From: Actinomycetota bacterium
Lineage (GTDB): Bacteria; Actinomycetota; Thermoleophilia; RBG-16-64-13
Length of the DNA stretch: 64,000 bases
Direction of reading: 5' to 3'
Assembly: GCA_018830645.1 (NCBI GenBank)
Contig: JAHJSA010000023.1
Location: 7,482-71,481 of the forward strand
The notes below the pieces were generated by a model that saw only the letters and a program-made list of their open reading frames with translations, did not search any database and had not been told where the DNA came from. Positions 1 through 10,289 of the stretch are shown here, in pieces. Every line of letters begins with the position of its first letter. Within the stretch, counting starts at the first letter, position 1. The translations under genes and the position numbers were made by a program.

Positions 1-1046
1 ACACCACCCCCTCGGTGCTGATCGCCGAGGTGGCCGAGGCCCTCTGCGAGCGGTTCCCCTTCGAGATGGTGCGCTTCACCAACTCAGGCACGGAATCCAC
101 CATGGACGCCATTCGCCTGGCCCGAGGCTACACGGGTCGTGAGAAGATCATCAAACTCGAGGGCGGCTACCACGGCCACCATGACCTCGTGATGATGTCG
201 GTGCGTCCGCCTCTTGAGGAGGCCGGCCCGGAAGACAGGCCGAACACCGTGCCCTACTACGGCGGCATCACGAAGGGCACTGCCACGGAGGTAGTGGTGA
301 TCCCGTTCAACGACCTCGCCGCCCTTGAGCAGGCCTTCGCCGAGAACGCGGGTGAGGTTGCGGCCTTCATCCTCGAGCCCGTTCCGGAGAACATGGGCAT
401 CGTCCTTCCCGATGAGGGCTACCTGGCCGCCGCCAAGGAGATCTGCCACAAGCACGGCGCGTTGATCATCTTCGACGAAGTCAAGACGGGCATCACGTCG
501 AACTGGGGCGGCGCCGCCGCCGTCTACGGCGTCGCGCCGGATCTGTCCTGCCTCGCCAAGTCCATCGGCGGCGGGGTGCCCATCGGCGCTTTCGGCGGAA
601 GCCGGGAGATCATGGGCAAGATAGCCGACTGGACCGTAGCCCACCAAGGCACGTTCAACGGCAACCCCCTCGTGACGGCGGCTTCCCTGGCCGTGCTCAC
701 GAAGATCTGCACCCCGGACGCCACCGCCGCGGCCATCGCCCGTAACGATCGTCTGATCGCGGGCTGCCAGGCCATCATCGACGACACCGGCCTTCCCGCT
801 CACACGGTGAAGCTCGGCGCCAAGGGCTGCGTCACCTATGTGCCCGAGCGCGTGCGCACCTATCGCGACTACAAGAAGACAGACTTCGAGCTGGCGTATG
901 CCCACTGGATCTACATGATGAGCCACGGCATCTTCCTGCCTCCGGGCCTGGACGAGCAGTGGTTGGTGTCCGTACTCCATTCCGAGGAAGACATCGATAG
1001 GCACCTCACTGTCTTCGAGGGCTTCGTGCGCGAGGTGACCTCCTAG
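1..1046 (+). CDS. Class-III (PLP) aminotransferase, glutamate-1-semialdehyde 2,1-aminomutase (HemL)-like; 5' end truncated by window edge; ends in TAG
   Basis: Motifs IFDEVKTG and LAKSIGGGVPIGAFGGSREIM closely resemble the HemL PLP-lysine region; the track ORF starts at a GTG at 15 but the frame is open to nt 1 and ~90 N-terminal residues typical of the family are missing. Confidence 0.6.
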   Translation, partial: TTPSVLIAEVAEALCERFPFEMVRFTNSGTESTMDAIRLARGYTGREKIIKLEGGYHGHHDLVMMSVRPPLEEAGPEDRPNTVPYYGGITKGTATEVVVIPFNDLAALEQAFAENAGEVAAFILEPVPENMGIVLPDEGYLAAAKEICHKHGALIIFDEVKTGITSNWGGAAAVYGVAPDLSCLAKSIGGGVPIGAFGGSREIMGKIADWTVAHQGTFNGNPLVTAASLAVLTKICTPDATAAAIARNDRLIAGCQAIIDDTGLPAHTVKLGAKGCVTYVPERVRTYRDYKKTDFELAYAHWIYMMSHGIFLPPGLDEQWLVSVLHSEEDIDRHLTVFEGFVREVTS

Positions 1047-1091
1047 CGAGAGCGCCCGCGCCGTCGAGCGAACCGCCTCCCGGGAGAGATC

Positions 1092-2072
1092 ATGAGCAGC
1101 GTCCAACAGCAGGGCAGTACTATCGTCGTCGTGGGCGCGGGGCTGATGGGGGTGGGAGTCGCGCAGACCTTCGCGCAAGCCGGTCACCGGGTGGTCGTCA
1201 CCGACACGGACCAGGGCCGTCGCGACGAGGTCGCCACCCGGCTCGCGGCCCAGTTGGACTTCATGGTTCTACATGACCTGATCGGCGCCGAAGCGGCCGC
1301 CGGCGCAGCCGGCCTGGTCGCCACAGCATCTTCCATCGTGGAGGCGCTCGCCCCCGCAACGCAGGGCCGGGCCCCGTACCCCCTGATGGTCGTGGAGGCG
1401 GTGAACGAAGACTTGGCTCTCAAGCAGAGGCTGTTCGCCGAACTCGACGCCTCGACGCCGCCCACGACCATCCTCTGCAGCAACACTTCGGGGCTGTCGA
1501 TCACCCAGATCGCCCGCGATACCGTATCCCCCGAGCGGGTCTGCGGAGCCCACTTCTGGAACCCCCCACACCTGATACCCCTCGTCGAGGTGGTCTACGG
1601 CGAGAGCACCAGCGATTCGACCGCCGACTTGGTCGTCTCGCTTCTCGAAGACGCAGGCAAGACACCGGTCCGGGTGCGAAGAGACGTACCCGGGTTCGTG
1701 GGCAACCGGCTCCAGCATGCGCTACAACGGGAAGCCATGGCTCTCGTAGCGGCCGGCGTGGCGACCGCCGAGGAAGTGGATCTCGTGGTGACCCAGGGGT
1801 TCGGCCGAAGGCTCGGGGTGGTGGGCCCTCTCGCCGTGTGCGACATGTGCGGCCTCGACCTGATTCTGCAGGTCGACTCCTATCTGCTCCGCAATCTCGA
1901 ATCTTCGCCGGAACCCTCACCTCTCTTGGCCGAACTGGTATCGGAGGGGGCGGTGGGCGTGCGTTCGCATCGCGGCTTCCTGGAATGGGACGAAAAGCGG
2001 GTCACCTCGATGATCGCAGCCCGCGACGCGGCGCTCATCGCGGCCCTCAAAGCTCGGGACGCGAAGGCGTAG
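1092..2072 (+). CDS. 3-hydroxyacyl-CoA / 3-hydroxybutyryl-CoA dehydrogenase (NAD-binding Rossmann N-term)
   Basis: N-terminal VVGAGLMGVGVAQTFAQAGHRVVVTD dinucleotide fold; central WNPPHLIPLVEVV and C-terminal 3HCDH-type dimerisation region; RBS GGGAGAG upstream of ATG; TAG stop. Confidence 0.8.
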   Translation: MSSVQQQGSTIVVVGAGLMGVGVAQTFAQAGHRVVVTDTDQGRRDEVATRLAAQLDFMVLHDLIGAEAAAGAAGLVATASSIVEALAPATQGRAPYPLMVVEAVNEDLALKQRLFAELDASTPPTTILCSNTSGLSITQIARDTVSPERVCGAHFWNPPHLIPLVEVVYGESTSDSTADLVVSLLEDAGKTPVRVRRDVPGFVGNRLQHALQREAMALVAAGVATAEEVDLVVTQGFGRRLGVVGPLAVCDMCGLDLILQVDSYLLRNLESSPEPSPLLAELVSEGAVGVRSHRGFLEWDEKRVTSMIAARDAALIAALKARDAKA

Positions 2073-2130
2073 GACGGAGCTGCTGGCGCCGCCTCCCCGG
2101 GAAGACTACTTCCCGGGGAGGCGCCTGTCG

Positions 2131-2848
<718 letters not shown>

Positions 2849-2856
<8 letters not shown>

Positions 2857-3577
2857 CGTACTCCTCCTCCCCGAGGTAGGCGTCGAGGACCGCCGGGTTC
2901 TTGGAGATCTCGGCCGGAGTACCCTCCGCGATCTGGGAGCCGAAGTTGAGCACCACGATGCGGTGCGAGAGGTTCATGATCACCTTCATCACGTGCTCGA
3001 CCACCAGAAAGGTCATACCTTCGCTGTTGAGCCGGCGCACGAGAGCCAGGATGTCGTCGATCTCCACGGGAGTGAGCCCGGCGGCGACCTCGTCCAGCAA
3101 CAGCAGGTCTGGTTCGGTCGCAAGCCCCTTTCCGATCTCAAGACGTTTGAGCTCCATCAGCGTGAGGTCGCGGCCGAGCACGTCGGCCTTGTGGCCTATT
3201 CCCACCACATCGAGCACCTCGCGGGCCTTCGCTTCGGCCGCTCCAGTGGAGCCGTGCCGTACAAAGGCGCCGATCATCACGTTCTCGAGCGCGGTGATGT
3301 CGGGGAACGGCTGCACCACCTGGAACGTGCGCGTAAGCCCGAGCTTGCACATCTGGTGCGACTTGCGGCCGGTGACATCCTTGCCTTTGAAAAACACCGA
3401 TCCGGAGGTGGGCCGCAGGGCCCCGGCGAGCAGGTTGAAGCAGGTGGTCTTGCCGGCGCCGTTCGGGCCGATCAGACCGACGATCTCACCGCTGTCCACG
3501 TGGAACGTGAGGTCGCCCACAGCGGTGAGGCCTCCGAACACCCGGGTGAGGTTCTTCACCTCCAGCAGCGGAGTCAC
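2849..3577 (-). CDS. livG: Branched-chain amino acid ABC transporter ATP-binding protein LivG
   Basis: Walker A GPNGAGKTT; C-terminal LivG-type extension; true start is a GTG at 3577 preceded by GGAGGTG RBS (residue 256 of the track ORF, whose N-terminal 255 aa overlap livM in another frame). Confidence 0.85.
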
Positions 3578-4584
3578 GAGGCACCTCCTTCGGGCGCCGG
3601 GGCGGAAACCGAGTCGTCCGGGGTCTTCCAGATGCGGCTCCGGACGCTCTTCACGAGTCCCACTATGCCTTTCGGCATGAACAACATGGTGAACACCAGC
3701 ACGCCGCCGTAGAGGAGCAGGTGTGCTCCCTGGAACTGCGTGCCCAGTTCTGCCCGGGCGATCTCCGCCACGGGCACGAGTATCACAGCTCCCACCAGTG
3801 GGCCCCACACCGTGCCCAAGCCGCCGATGATGGCGAAGAGCAGTATCTGCACCGACACCATCTCGCCGAACACCACGCGCGGACCCACGTAGGTGAAGTA
3901 CTGAGCGAAGAACGTGCCGCCGGCGGCCGTCATGACGGCGCTGAGCACGTTGGCGTTGATCTTCGTGCCCAGGGTGTTCACGCCCATGGCTTCGGCGGCC
4001 TCTTCGTTCTCGCGCACGGCGATGAGCCGATACCCGAAGCGACGGCGGTTGAGCCACTGCGCGGTGAGCACCGCGAGCAACGTCATGACCAGGATGATGT
4101 AGAAGTAGGGCAACTTGCCGTCGAACTGCATCATGAACGGGTTGGTTCCGAGGTACTTCACCTCGAGTCCCGCGGCCCCGCCCATGGCCTTCCAGTTGCT
4201 CACCACGTAGACGGCCGCCTCCGCAAGGGCGATGGTCACCAGGGCGAAGTAGGCACCCTTCAAACCATAGCGGAACGTCGCGTAACCCACGAACCACCCG
4301 GCCGCGGCTGCGAACGCCATCCCCACGAACATGCCCACCCACGGGGTGAGTCCGAAGTTGAGCGCCAGGTACGTCGAGGCGTACGCGCCGATGCCCATGT
4401 AGAGCCCGTGTCCCAGCGAATGCTGGCCGGCGTACCCGCCCAGGATGTTCCAGGAGGTCGCAAGGTACGCCCAGATCAGGATGAGAATACCGATGTGCAC
4501 GTAGTAGGTCTTCAGAAAGAGCGGCAAGAAACCCGCCAGCCCGAAGACCACCACTGGGATGAGGAACTCCCTGTACCTTCTCAT
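3574..4584 (-). CDS. livM: Branched-chain amino acid ABC transporter permease LivM
   Basis: Multi-TM permease with LivM-like sequence; ATG at 4584 overlaps the livH TGA stop (ATGA coupling); the track ORF has a spurious 122-aa N-terminal extension. Confidence 0.85.
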   Translation of the reverse strand: MRRYREFLIPVVVFGLAGFLPLFLKTYYVHIGILILIWAYLATSWNILGGYAGQHSLGHGLYMGIGAYASTYLALNFGLTPWVGMFVGMAFAAAAGWFVGYATFRYGLKGAYFALVTIALAEAAVYVVSNWKAMGGAAGLEVKYLGTNPFMMQFDGKLPYFYIILVMTLLAVLTAQWLNRRRFGYRLIAVRENEEAAEAMGVNTLGTKINANVLSAVMTAAGGTFFAQYFTYVGPRVVFGEMVSVQILLFAIIGGLGTVWGPLVGAVILVPVAEIARAELGTQFQGAHLLLYGGVLVFTMLFMPKGIVGLVKSVRSRIWKTPDDSVSAPAPEGGAS

Positions 4585-5459
4585 GACTGCCTCTTGCTCA
4601 GGATGCCCTGCGGGCGGAACAGCAGGAAGAGTACGAAGATGCCGAAGGTGAGCACCCGCGAAAGCGAGCCCGGCATGATGGCCGCGCCGAGGCTCTCGGT
4701 GAGTCCGATGATCAGGCCCCCGACGAACGCGCCGAGGAAGTTGCCCATGCCGCCCAGGACAACCACCACGAAGGCTATAAGGCCGAGGAACAGGCCGACA
4801 GTGGGCGACGTGTAGTAGAAGGGCAACAGCAGCGAAGCCGCGATGCCCAAGCACGCCGATCCCATGCCGAAGGCAAGCAGGTAGGTGAAGCGCACATCGA
4901 CGCCCTGGAGAATCGCAGCCGTGGGGTTCTGCGCGGCAGCCCGGATCCAACGACCGATATCGGTGGTCTTGAGGATGTAGTACAGGGCGAGAGTCGCGAT
5001 GATGGAGCCGAAGAACGCGATGAGTTCGGTGAGAGTCACCACGACCCCGCCGACGGTGTAGTTGATGCCCGTGTAGCGCGTACGCACTGACAGAACGTCA
5101 GCCTTGAAGAGCACCAGCGCCAGATTCTGGAGGATCAACGAGATACCCAATGTGAGCATGATCTGGTTCATCTGGGGATGCTTGAGGATCGGCTTGATGC
5201 TCACCTGGAATATCCCGATCCCTATGAAGAACAACGCGGGAGTCGTGATCAGGATGGTCAGGTAGGGGTCCATCCCGAACTGCGTCACCAAGAAGTAGGT
5301 GAGGTACAGCCCGATCATGAGGAATTCGCCGTGAGCGAAGTTGATGATCTTCATGACGCCCCAGATGAGTGTCAGCCCGATGGAGATGAGGGCGAACACA
5401 CCACCGATCATCAGACCGCTGGCAATAGCCTGGAGGATCACTGAGAGTGAGAAAGTCAT
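4581..5459 (-). CDS. livH: Branched-chain amino acid ABC transporter permease LivH
   Basis: 292-aa hydrophobic protein with LivH-type motifs (NFAHGEFLMIGLY...). Confidence 0.85.
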   Translation of the reverse strand: MTFSLSVILQAIASGLMIGGVFALISIGLTLIWGVMKIINFAHGEFLMIGLYLTYFLVTQFGMDPYLTILITTPALFFIGIGIFQVSIKPILKHPQMNQIMLTLGISLILQNLALVLFKADVLSVRTRYTGINYTVGGVVVTLTELIAFFGSIIATLALYYILKTTDIGRWIRAAAQNPTAAILQGVDVRFTYLLAFGMGSACLGIAASLLLPFYYTSPTVGLFLGLIAFVVVVLGGMGNFLGAFVGGLIIGLTESLGAAIMPGSLSRVLTFGIFVLFLLFRPQGILSKRQS

Positions 5460-5592
5460 ACCGCCTCCGCGGAGGTTGCACTAGCTTGACGGGACTTCCT
5501 GCCGTGAAACCGGCCGGCCCCCACAAGGAGGGCCGGCCTGGATTTCCTACACGAGTCGGACCGCCGCCTCACAGCAGAGTCCGCACTCCACG

Positions 5593-6864
5593 CTACTCCG
5601 GTATCCGGATCTCGGCGGCGGCGTACTCGGCCGGCCACACCGGGATCAGCTCGCCGTCCTGGATCTGCACCACGAACAGCGGAGCACTCAGGTTCTGACC
5701 GTCGGGCCCGAACTCAAGTACGGCCGTGGGCAGTACCATGGTCGGCCCTGAGGGCATCTTCGTTGCCGCAAGGGCCTGGCGCACGGCTTCGCGGTCGGCG
5801 GAGCCGGCACGCTCGAGAGCGTCGGCGATCAGGTAGCCCGCCTGGTACGCGTATGCACCGTTACCGGTGATGTCGCGCCCGTACGCGGCGAAGAACTTGT
5901 CGTTCAGCACCTCGGCGCCGGCCGCATACTTGGTGTACTCGATCTCCGTGAGGATGCCCTCGGCAGCCTCGGCCAGGCGGGCGACGAACTCGGGGTCGAT
6001 GGTGCCGCCGGCGGCGTCAAAGAAGAGCTGCTTCATGCCCAACTTCTCACGCGCCTGAGCGATAAGGATGGAGTCGTTCAGGTAGGTCACCGTCAGCACG
6101 ACGTCCGGGTTCGCGGCCTTGATCTTGCTTACCTCGGTGGTGAGGTCGGCCTTGGCTGCGGGATAGGCCACCTCTACCACCATCTCCATACCGGCTTCTT
6201 CCAGGTACTTCTTCTGACCGGCAGAGGTGGACTCGCCGAAGTCGGTGTCCTCATGCAGGAGGGCCACTCTCTTCACGTCGAGGCCGATCAGGTCCTTCAG
6301 GTCCTTCAGCAATTCCACCTGATCCTTCGCGTACCAGGCCGCCTTCGGGCAGATGCGGAACGTGTACATGAAGTCGCGCTCGGTGATCGTGTCGGCGACA
6401 GCCATGCTCACGATGAACGGCGTCTTCAGCTTCTCGGCCGCCTGTGTCGAGGGAATGGCCACGCTGGACTGGTACGTACCGATGATCGCCGAGACTTCCT
6501 CCTGCTGCACGAGACGCTCGACCTCGCTGATCGCGACGTCAGGCTTGCCCTGGGAGTCGGCCTCGACCAGTTCGAGCATGGCGCCGCCCATGGACTTGAT
6601 GCCGCCCGCGGCGTTGATCTCTTCGATGGCCAGCTTGAGACCTTGCACGTTCTCCTCGCCGAGCTTCGCGAGGTCGCCGGTAACCGGGTAGAGCGACGCG
6701 ATCTTGACGCTCTCCGCCGTACCGGCAGTCGTTTCTGTGGTGCCCGCCGCCGTGGTGTCGGTAGTGCCCGCCGCCGTGGTCGTGGTTGTCGTCTCACCGC
6801 ACGCGGCGGTGAAGAGAGCCACGGCCAAGACCAGCACCATGACTACTATCAAACGACCCTTCAT
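5593..6864 (-). CDS. Branched-chain amino acid ABC transporter substrate-binding lipoprotein (LivJ/LivK family) with Thr-rich linker
   Basis: Signal peptide plus lipobox (LFTAAC), Thr/Ala/Gly-rich low-complexity linker encoded by tandem DNA repeats, then a periplasmic-binding-protein type I fold; first gene of the liv operon; ends in TAG. Confidence 0.85.
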   Translation of the reverse strand: MKGRLIVVMVLVLAVALFTAACGETTTTTTAAGTTDTTAAGTTETTAGTAESVKIASLYPVTGDLAKLGEENVQGLKLAIEEINAAGGIKSMGGAMLELVEADSQGKPDVAISEVERLVQQEEVSAIIGTYQSSVAIPSTQAAEKLKTPFIVSMAVADTITERDFMYTFRICPKAAWYAKDQVELLKDLKDLIGLDVKRVALLHEDTDFGESTSAGQKKYLEEAGMEMVVEVAYPAAKADLTTEVSKIKAANPDVVLTVTYLNDSILIAQAREKLGMKQLFFDAAGGTIDPEFVARLAEAAEGILTEIEYTKYAAGAEVLNDKFFAAYGRDITGNGAYAYQAGYLIADALERAGSADREAVRQALAATKMPSGPTMVLPTAVLEFGPDGQNLSAPLFVVQIQDGELIPVWPAEYAAAEIRIPE

Positions 6865-7078
6865 GTACGTACCCCCGTCTTCGAATGGTGTTGTGGAGCC
6901 CTGATTCGTGGACAGCGCCCAACGCTCCCGTGCTTTCAGGGATCCACTGGGAGGCCCGCGACCCTCAGTGGCCGCGATCGCAGCCTCATGACCGCCCCAG
7001 TCTACTCGAACTCCGGGCGGCTGTACAGAGCATCGCTGAACGGCGGTCAGACCACCGACCGCTCGACCACTGGTTGCC

Positions 7079-9610
7079 TCAGCGCACCACCAGGTTCACC
7101 AGCTTGCCGGGCACCACGATCTCCTTCACCAGCGACATTCCGTCCAGGTGCTTGGCCACGCCGGGCACCTGCTTTGCGGCGGCAAGGACGTCCTCACGGG
7201 ATGCGGCGGCGGGCACCGTGACGCGGTCGCGCACCCTGCCGTTCACCTGCACGGCCAGTTCGACAGTCTCGTGGGCGAGGAACCGGGGATCGGCTACGGG
7301 CCACGGTTCGTCCCAGACACGCTCGCGGCCCATCATCTCCCACAGCTCCGCTCCCAGGTGGGGAGCGAACGGCTCCAACAACCGCACAAGGGTCTCCGTC
7401 GCGACCGCCAGGACAGCCGCCTCATCCTGGGTGCGGCCGAACTCCTCGTCCTCCGCCGAGCCCCGAAACGCGGTGATCTCGTTGTTCAATTCCATGATGG
7501 CCGCAAGGGCGGTGTTGAAGTGGAAACGCTCCGCGATATCCATGGTCACCTTCTCGATCACCTGGTTCGTCTTGACAACGAGTCCCCGCATGCGTGGGGT
7601 GAGGGCGGTCTCGTCGGGGAGTCTGCGCGGTGCAGTGCTCGCGAACAGACCGGCGTCGATCGCTTCGGTGACCTGCCGCCAGACCCGGGTGAGGAAGCGG
7701 AAGGTGCCCTCGATGCCCTTGTCGTTCCATTCCACGTCGCTCTCCCCCGGGCCCATGAACATGATGTAGCTGCGGAGAGAGTCGGCGCCGTAGCGGGCCA
7801 CGTGCTCGTCGGGGTTCACCACGTTGCCCTTGCTCTTGGACATCTTGGCGCCCTTGTAGTAGATCATGCCCTGCGTGAAGAGGTTCCTGAAGGGCTCCTC
7901 GAAGCCAACCAGCCCCAGGTCGTAGAGCACCTTCGTGAAGAAGCGCGAGTACATCAGATGGAGGATCGCGTGCTCCACCCCGCCTATGTACTGGTCGACG
8001 GGCAGCCAGTAGTCCACCGCCGCCCGGTCGAAGGCGACATCGTCGCGCCACGGTGAAGCGTAGCGCAGGTAGTACCAGGACGAGTCAACGAACGTGTCCA
8101 TGGTGTCGGGATCGCGCGTGGCCGCGCCGCCACACGTGGGGCAGGTCGTATTGATCCAATGCTCGGCGGCCGCGAGGGGCGACTTTCCCTTCGGGGCGTA
8201 ATCGCGTATCTCGGGGAGCAGCAGCGGGAGCTGTTCCTCAGGCACCGCGGTCTCTCCGCACGTCTCGCAGTAGACGATTGGGATGGGGCATCCCCAATAG
8301 CGCTGACGCGAGAGCAGCCAATCGCGGAGCTTGTAGTTCACCGCGAAGTCGGCCTTGCCTTGCTCCCTGAGCCACTCCGTCACCGCGCGGATGCCCTCGG
8401 TCTTCGGCAGCCCGTCGAACCGCCCACTGTTGACCAGGAGTCCGTCGCCGGCGTAGGCGGCCGTCAACTCCCCTGCATCGTCCTTGAACTCGGCGGGGCT
8501 CTCGATCACCTCGACGACCGGCAGCCCGTACTTCCGGGCGAAGGCGTAGTCACGCTCGTCGTGCCCGGGTACGGCCATGATGGCTCCGGTGCCGTAGTCC
8601 ATGAGCACGTAGTCGGCTATGTATATGGGGATCAGCGCTCCGTTCACCGGGTTCACCGCGTGACGGCCCGTGAACACCCCGGTCTTCTCCTTCTCGGTGC
8701 TGGCCCGGTCGATCGCCGACATCCCCATCGCCGCGACGACGTAGCTCCGCACCTCGGCCTCGTAGACCGAACCCTGGACCAACTCGTCGACCAACGGATG
8801 CTCCGGAGCGAGGATGAAGAAGGTCGCACCGAACAGAGTATCGGGACGGGTGGTGAACACCGTGATCTCGTGTTCGCCGACGGTGAAGACCACCTCGGCG
8901 CCTTCCGAGCGTCCGATCCAATTGCGCTGCATCGTGATGACCCGCTCAGGCCAGGATTCGAGCTTGTCGAAATCGGCGAGCAGGCGCTCGGCGTAGTCGG
9001 TGATGCGGAAGAACCACTGGCGCAGCTTCTTGGCCTCGACGGCGGAGTCGCAACGCTCGCACACGCCTTGGATCACCTGCTCGTTCGCCAGCACAGTCTG
9101 GCACGACGGGCACCAGTTCACCGGGGCTTCCTTCTTGTAGGCGAGGCCCTTGTTGTAGAACTGGATGAACAGCCACTGGGTCCACTTGTAGTAGTCGGGT
9201 CGGCACGTCGCCAGTTCCCGGCTCCAGTCGATGGCCACCCCCAGCCTGCGGAGCTGCCGGTTGATGGTGCTGATCGCCCTCTCGGTGAAGGCGGCGGGAT
9301 GCTCGCCGGTCTGGATGGCCACGTTCTCGGAGTTGAGGCCGAAGGCGTCGTAGCCCATGGGGTGGAGCACTCGCTGACCCTTATGGCGGCGGTAGCGGGC
9401 GACCACGTCACCCATGGTGTAGTTCTTCACGTGCCCCATGTGCGCGCTACCGGAAGGGTACGGGAACATCTCGAGCACGTACGTGGAGCCGGGCCCCTCG
9501 CCCGAGGCCGGCTCTTCCGCAGTGGGGTTCGGTGCGAAGAAGGTCTCTTCGCGCTCCCAGACCTCCTGCCACTTCGTCTCGATGCGTTCCGGATCGTACG
9601 TTGCCGCCAT
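7079..9610 (-). CDS. leuS: Leucyl-tRNA synthetase
   Basis: 843 aa; class I HIGH-type motif (HMGHVKNY), KMSKS motif, CP1 editing domain. Confidence 0.95.
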   Translation of the reverse strand: MAATYDPERIETKWQEVWEREETFFAPNPTAEEPASGEGPGSTYVLEMFPYPSGSAHMGHVKNYTMGDVVARYRRHKGQRVLHPMGYDAFGLNSENVAIQTGEHPAAFTERAISTINRQLRRLGVAIDWSRELATCRPDYYKWTQWLFIQFYNKGLAYKKEAPVNWCPSCQTVLANEQVIQGVCERCDSAVEAKKLRQWFFRITDYAERLLADFDKLESWPERVITMQRNWIGRSEGAEVVFTVGEHEITVFTTRPDTLFGATFFILAPEHPLVDELVQGSVYEAEVRSYVVAAMGMSAIDRASTEKEKTGVFTGRHAVNPVNGALIPIYIADYVLMDYGTGAIMAVPGHDERDYAFARKYGLPVVEVIESPAEFKDDAGELTAAYAGDGLLVNSGRFDGLPKTEGIRAVTEWLREQGKADFAVNYKLRDWLLSRQRYWGCPIPIVYCETCGETAVPEEQLPLLLPEIRDYAPKGKSPLAAAEHWINTTCPTCGGAATRDPDTMDTFVDSSWYYLRYASPWRDDVAFDRAAVDYWLPVDQYIGGVEHAILHLMYSRFFTKVLYDLGLVGFEEPFRNLFTQGMIYYKGAKMSKSKGNVVNPDEHVARYGADSLRSYIMFMGPGESDVEWNDKGIEGTFRFLTRVWRQVTEAIDAGLFASTAPRRLPDETALTPRMRGLVVKTNQVIEKVTMDIAERFHFNTALAAIMELNNEITAFRGSAEDEEFGRTQDEAAVLAVATETLVRLLEPFAPHLGAELWEMMGRERVWDEPWPVADPRFLAHETVELAVQVNGRVRDRVTVPAAASREDVLAAAKQVPGVAKHLDGMSLVKEIVVPGKLVNLVVR

Positions 9611-9761
9611 GGGGTGGAGTTCCTTTCGCCGAACCGATACCGGTCACCGCGGCGCTCGTGGATCGACGCCGCCTGCCCGGCAGTCCCACAGTCGCCCGGG
9701 CTTCGGATGACTATTCTAACCTGTGGAGGAGTCAGAGAACTCACCGAGAAGTCAGGCAGCG

Positions 9762-10265
9762 ATGCACCACCCTCACCACATCCGCCCGGCGGCGACTCTC
9801 GTCGCCTCGCTCCTCGTCGCGTGGCTCTCGCTCGCGGCGACGGTCGCCGGCTGCGCCGCCGAGTCGGTTCCCCGGGAGCGAGTGGGAGCGTCCATCGATC
9901 CCACCACGCTCGAGTTCCCCGAGGTGGACCCGATCTACGTGCGGTCGCTGCGCGAAGCCGTCGAGCGGTTCCTCACGCACAGAAGAGACGGTGAGTGGTC
10001 GCAGGCGTACGATCTCCTGGACGCCGCGAGCAAGGAACTCGAATCGCCCGACGATTACGTGGCGAGGCACGAGTCACCCTCGGTCGTCACCCTGCTCGAC
10101 TACACGGTAGAGGGGGTCACGTTCGTGCCGGGGTATGACGACCTTGGGGTGGCCAGGGTCGAACTGCGGGTTCTCAATCGGAAGTCTGAGGAGACGTGGG
10201 TGGAGCACCTGTGGCTGGTACGGGAGGGAGATGCGTGGTTCGTGAGTCCGAACCTGTTGCGATGA
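9762..10265 (+). CDS. Hypothetical lipoprotein (His-rich N-terminus, signal peptide, lipobox VAGC)
   Basis: MHHPHH..LSLAATVAGC signal/lipobox; no recognisable catalytic motif; start chosen at the internal ATG of track ORF 9723..10265. Confidence 0.45.
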   Translation: MHHPHHIRPAATLVASLLVAWLSLAATVAGCAAESVPRERVGASIDPTTLEFPEVDPIYVRSLREAVERFLTHRRDGEWSQAYDLLDAASKELESPDDYVARHESPSVVTLLDYTVEGVTFVPGYDDLGVARVELRVLNRKSEETWVEHLWLVREGDAWFVSPNLLR

Positions 10266-10289
10266 GCGACCGCGCTTCCTCGCCGGTGG

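Noticed and set aside
1044-1094. HemL-like TAG in frame with the downstream dehydrogenase ATG, suggesting a Pyl read-through fusion protein
   Set aside because: The 15 intervening codons contain the dehydrogenase's own RBS (GGGAGAG) and look like an ordinary intergenic spacer. Same-frame placement has a 1-in-3 chance. I treat TAG here as a normal stop, and it is only noted in the findings as context.
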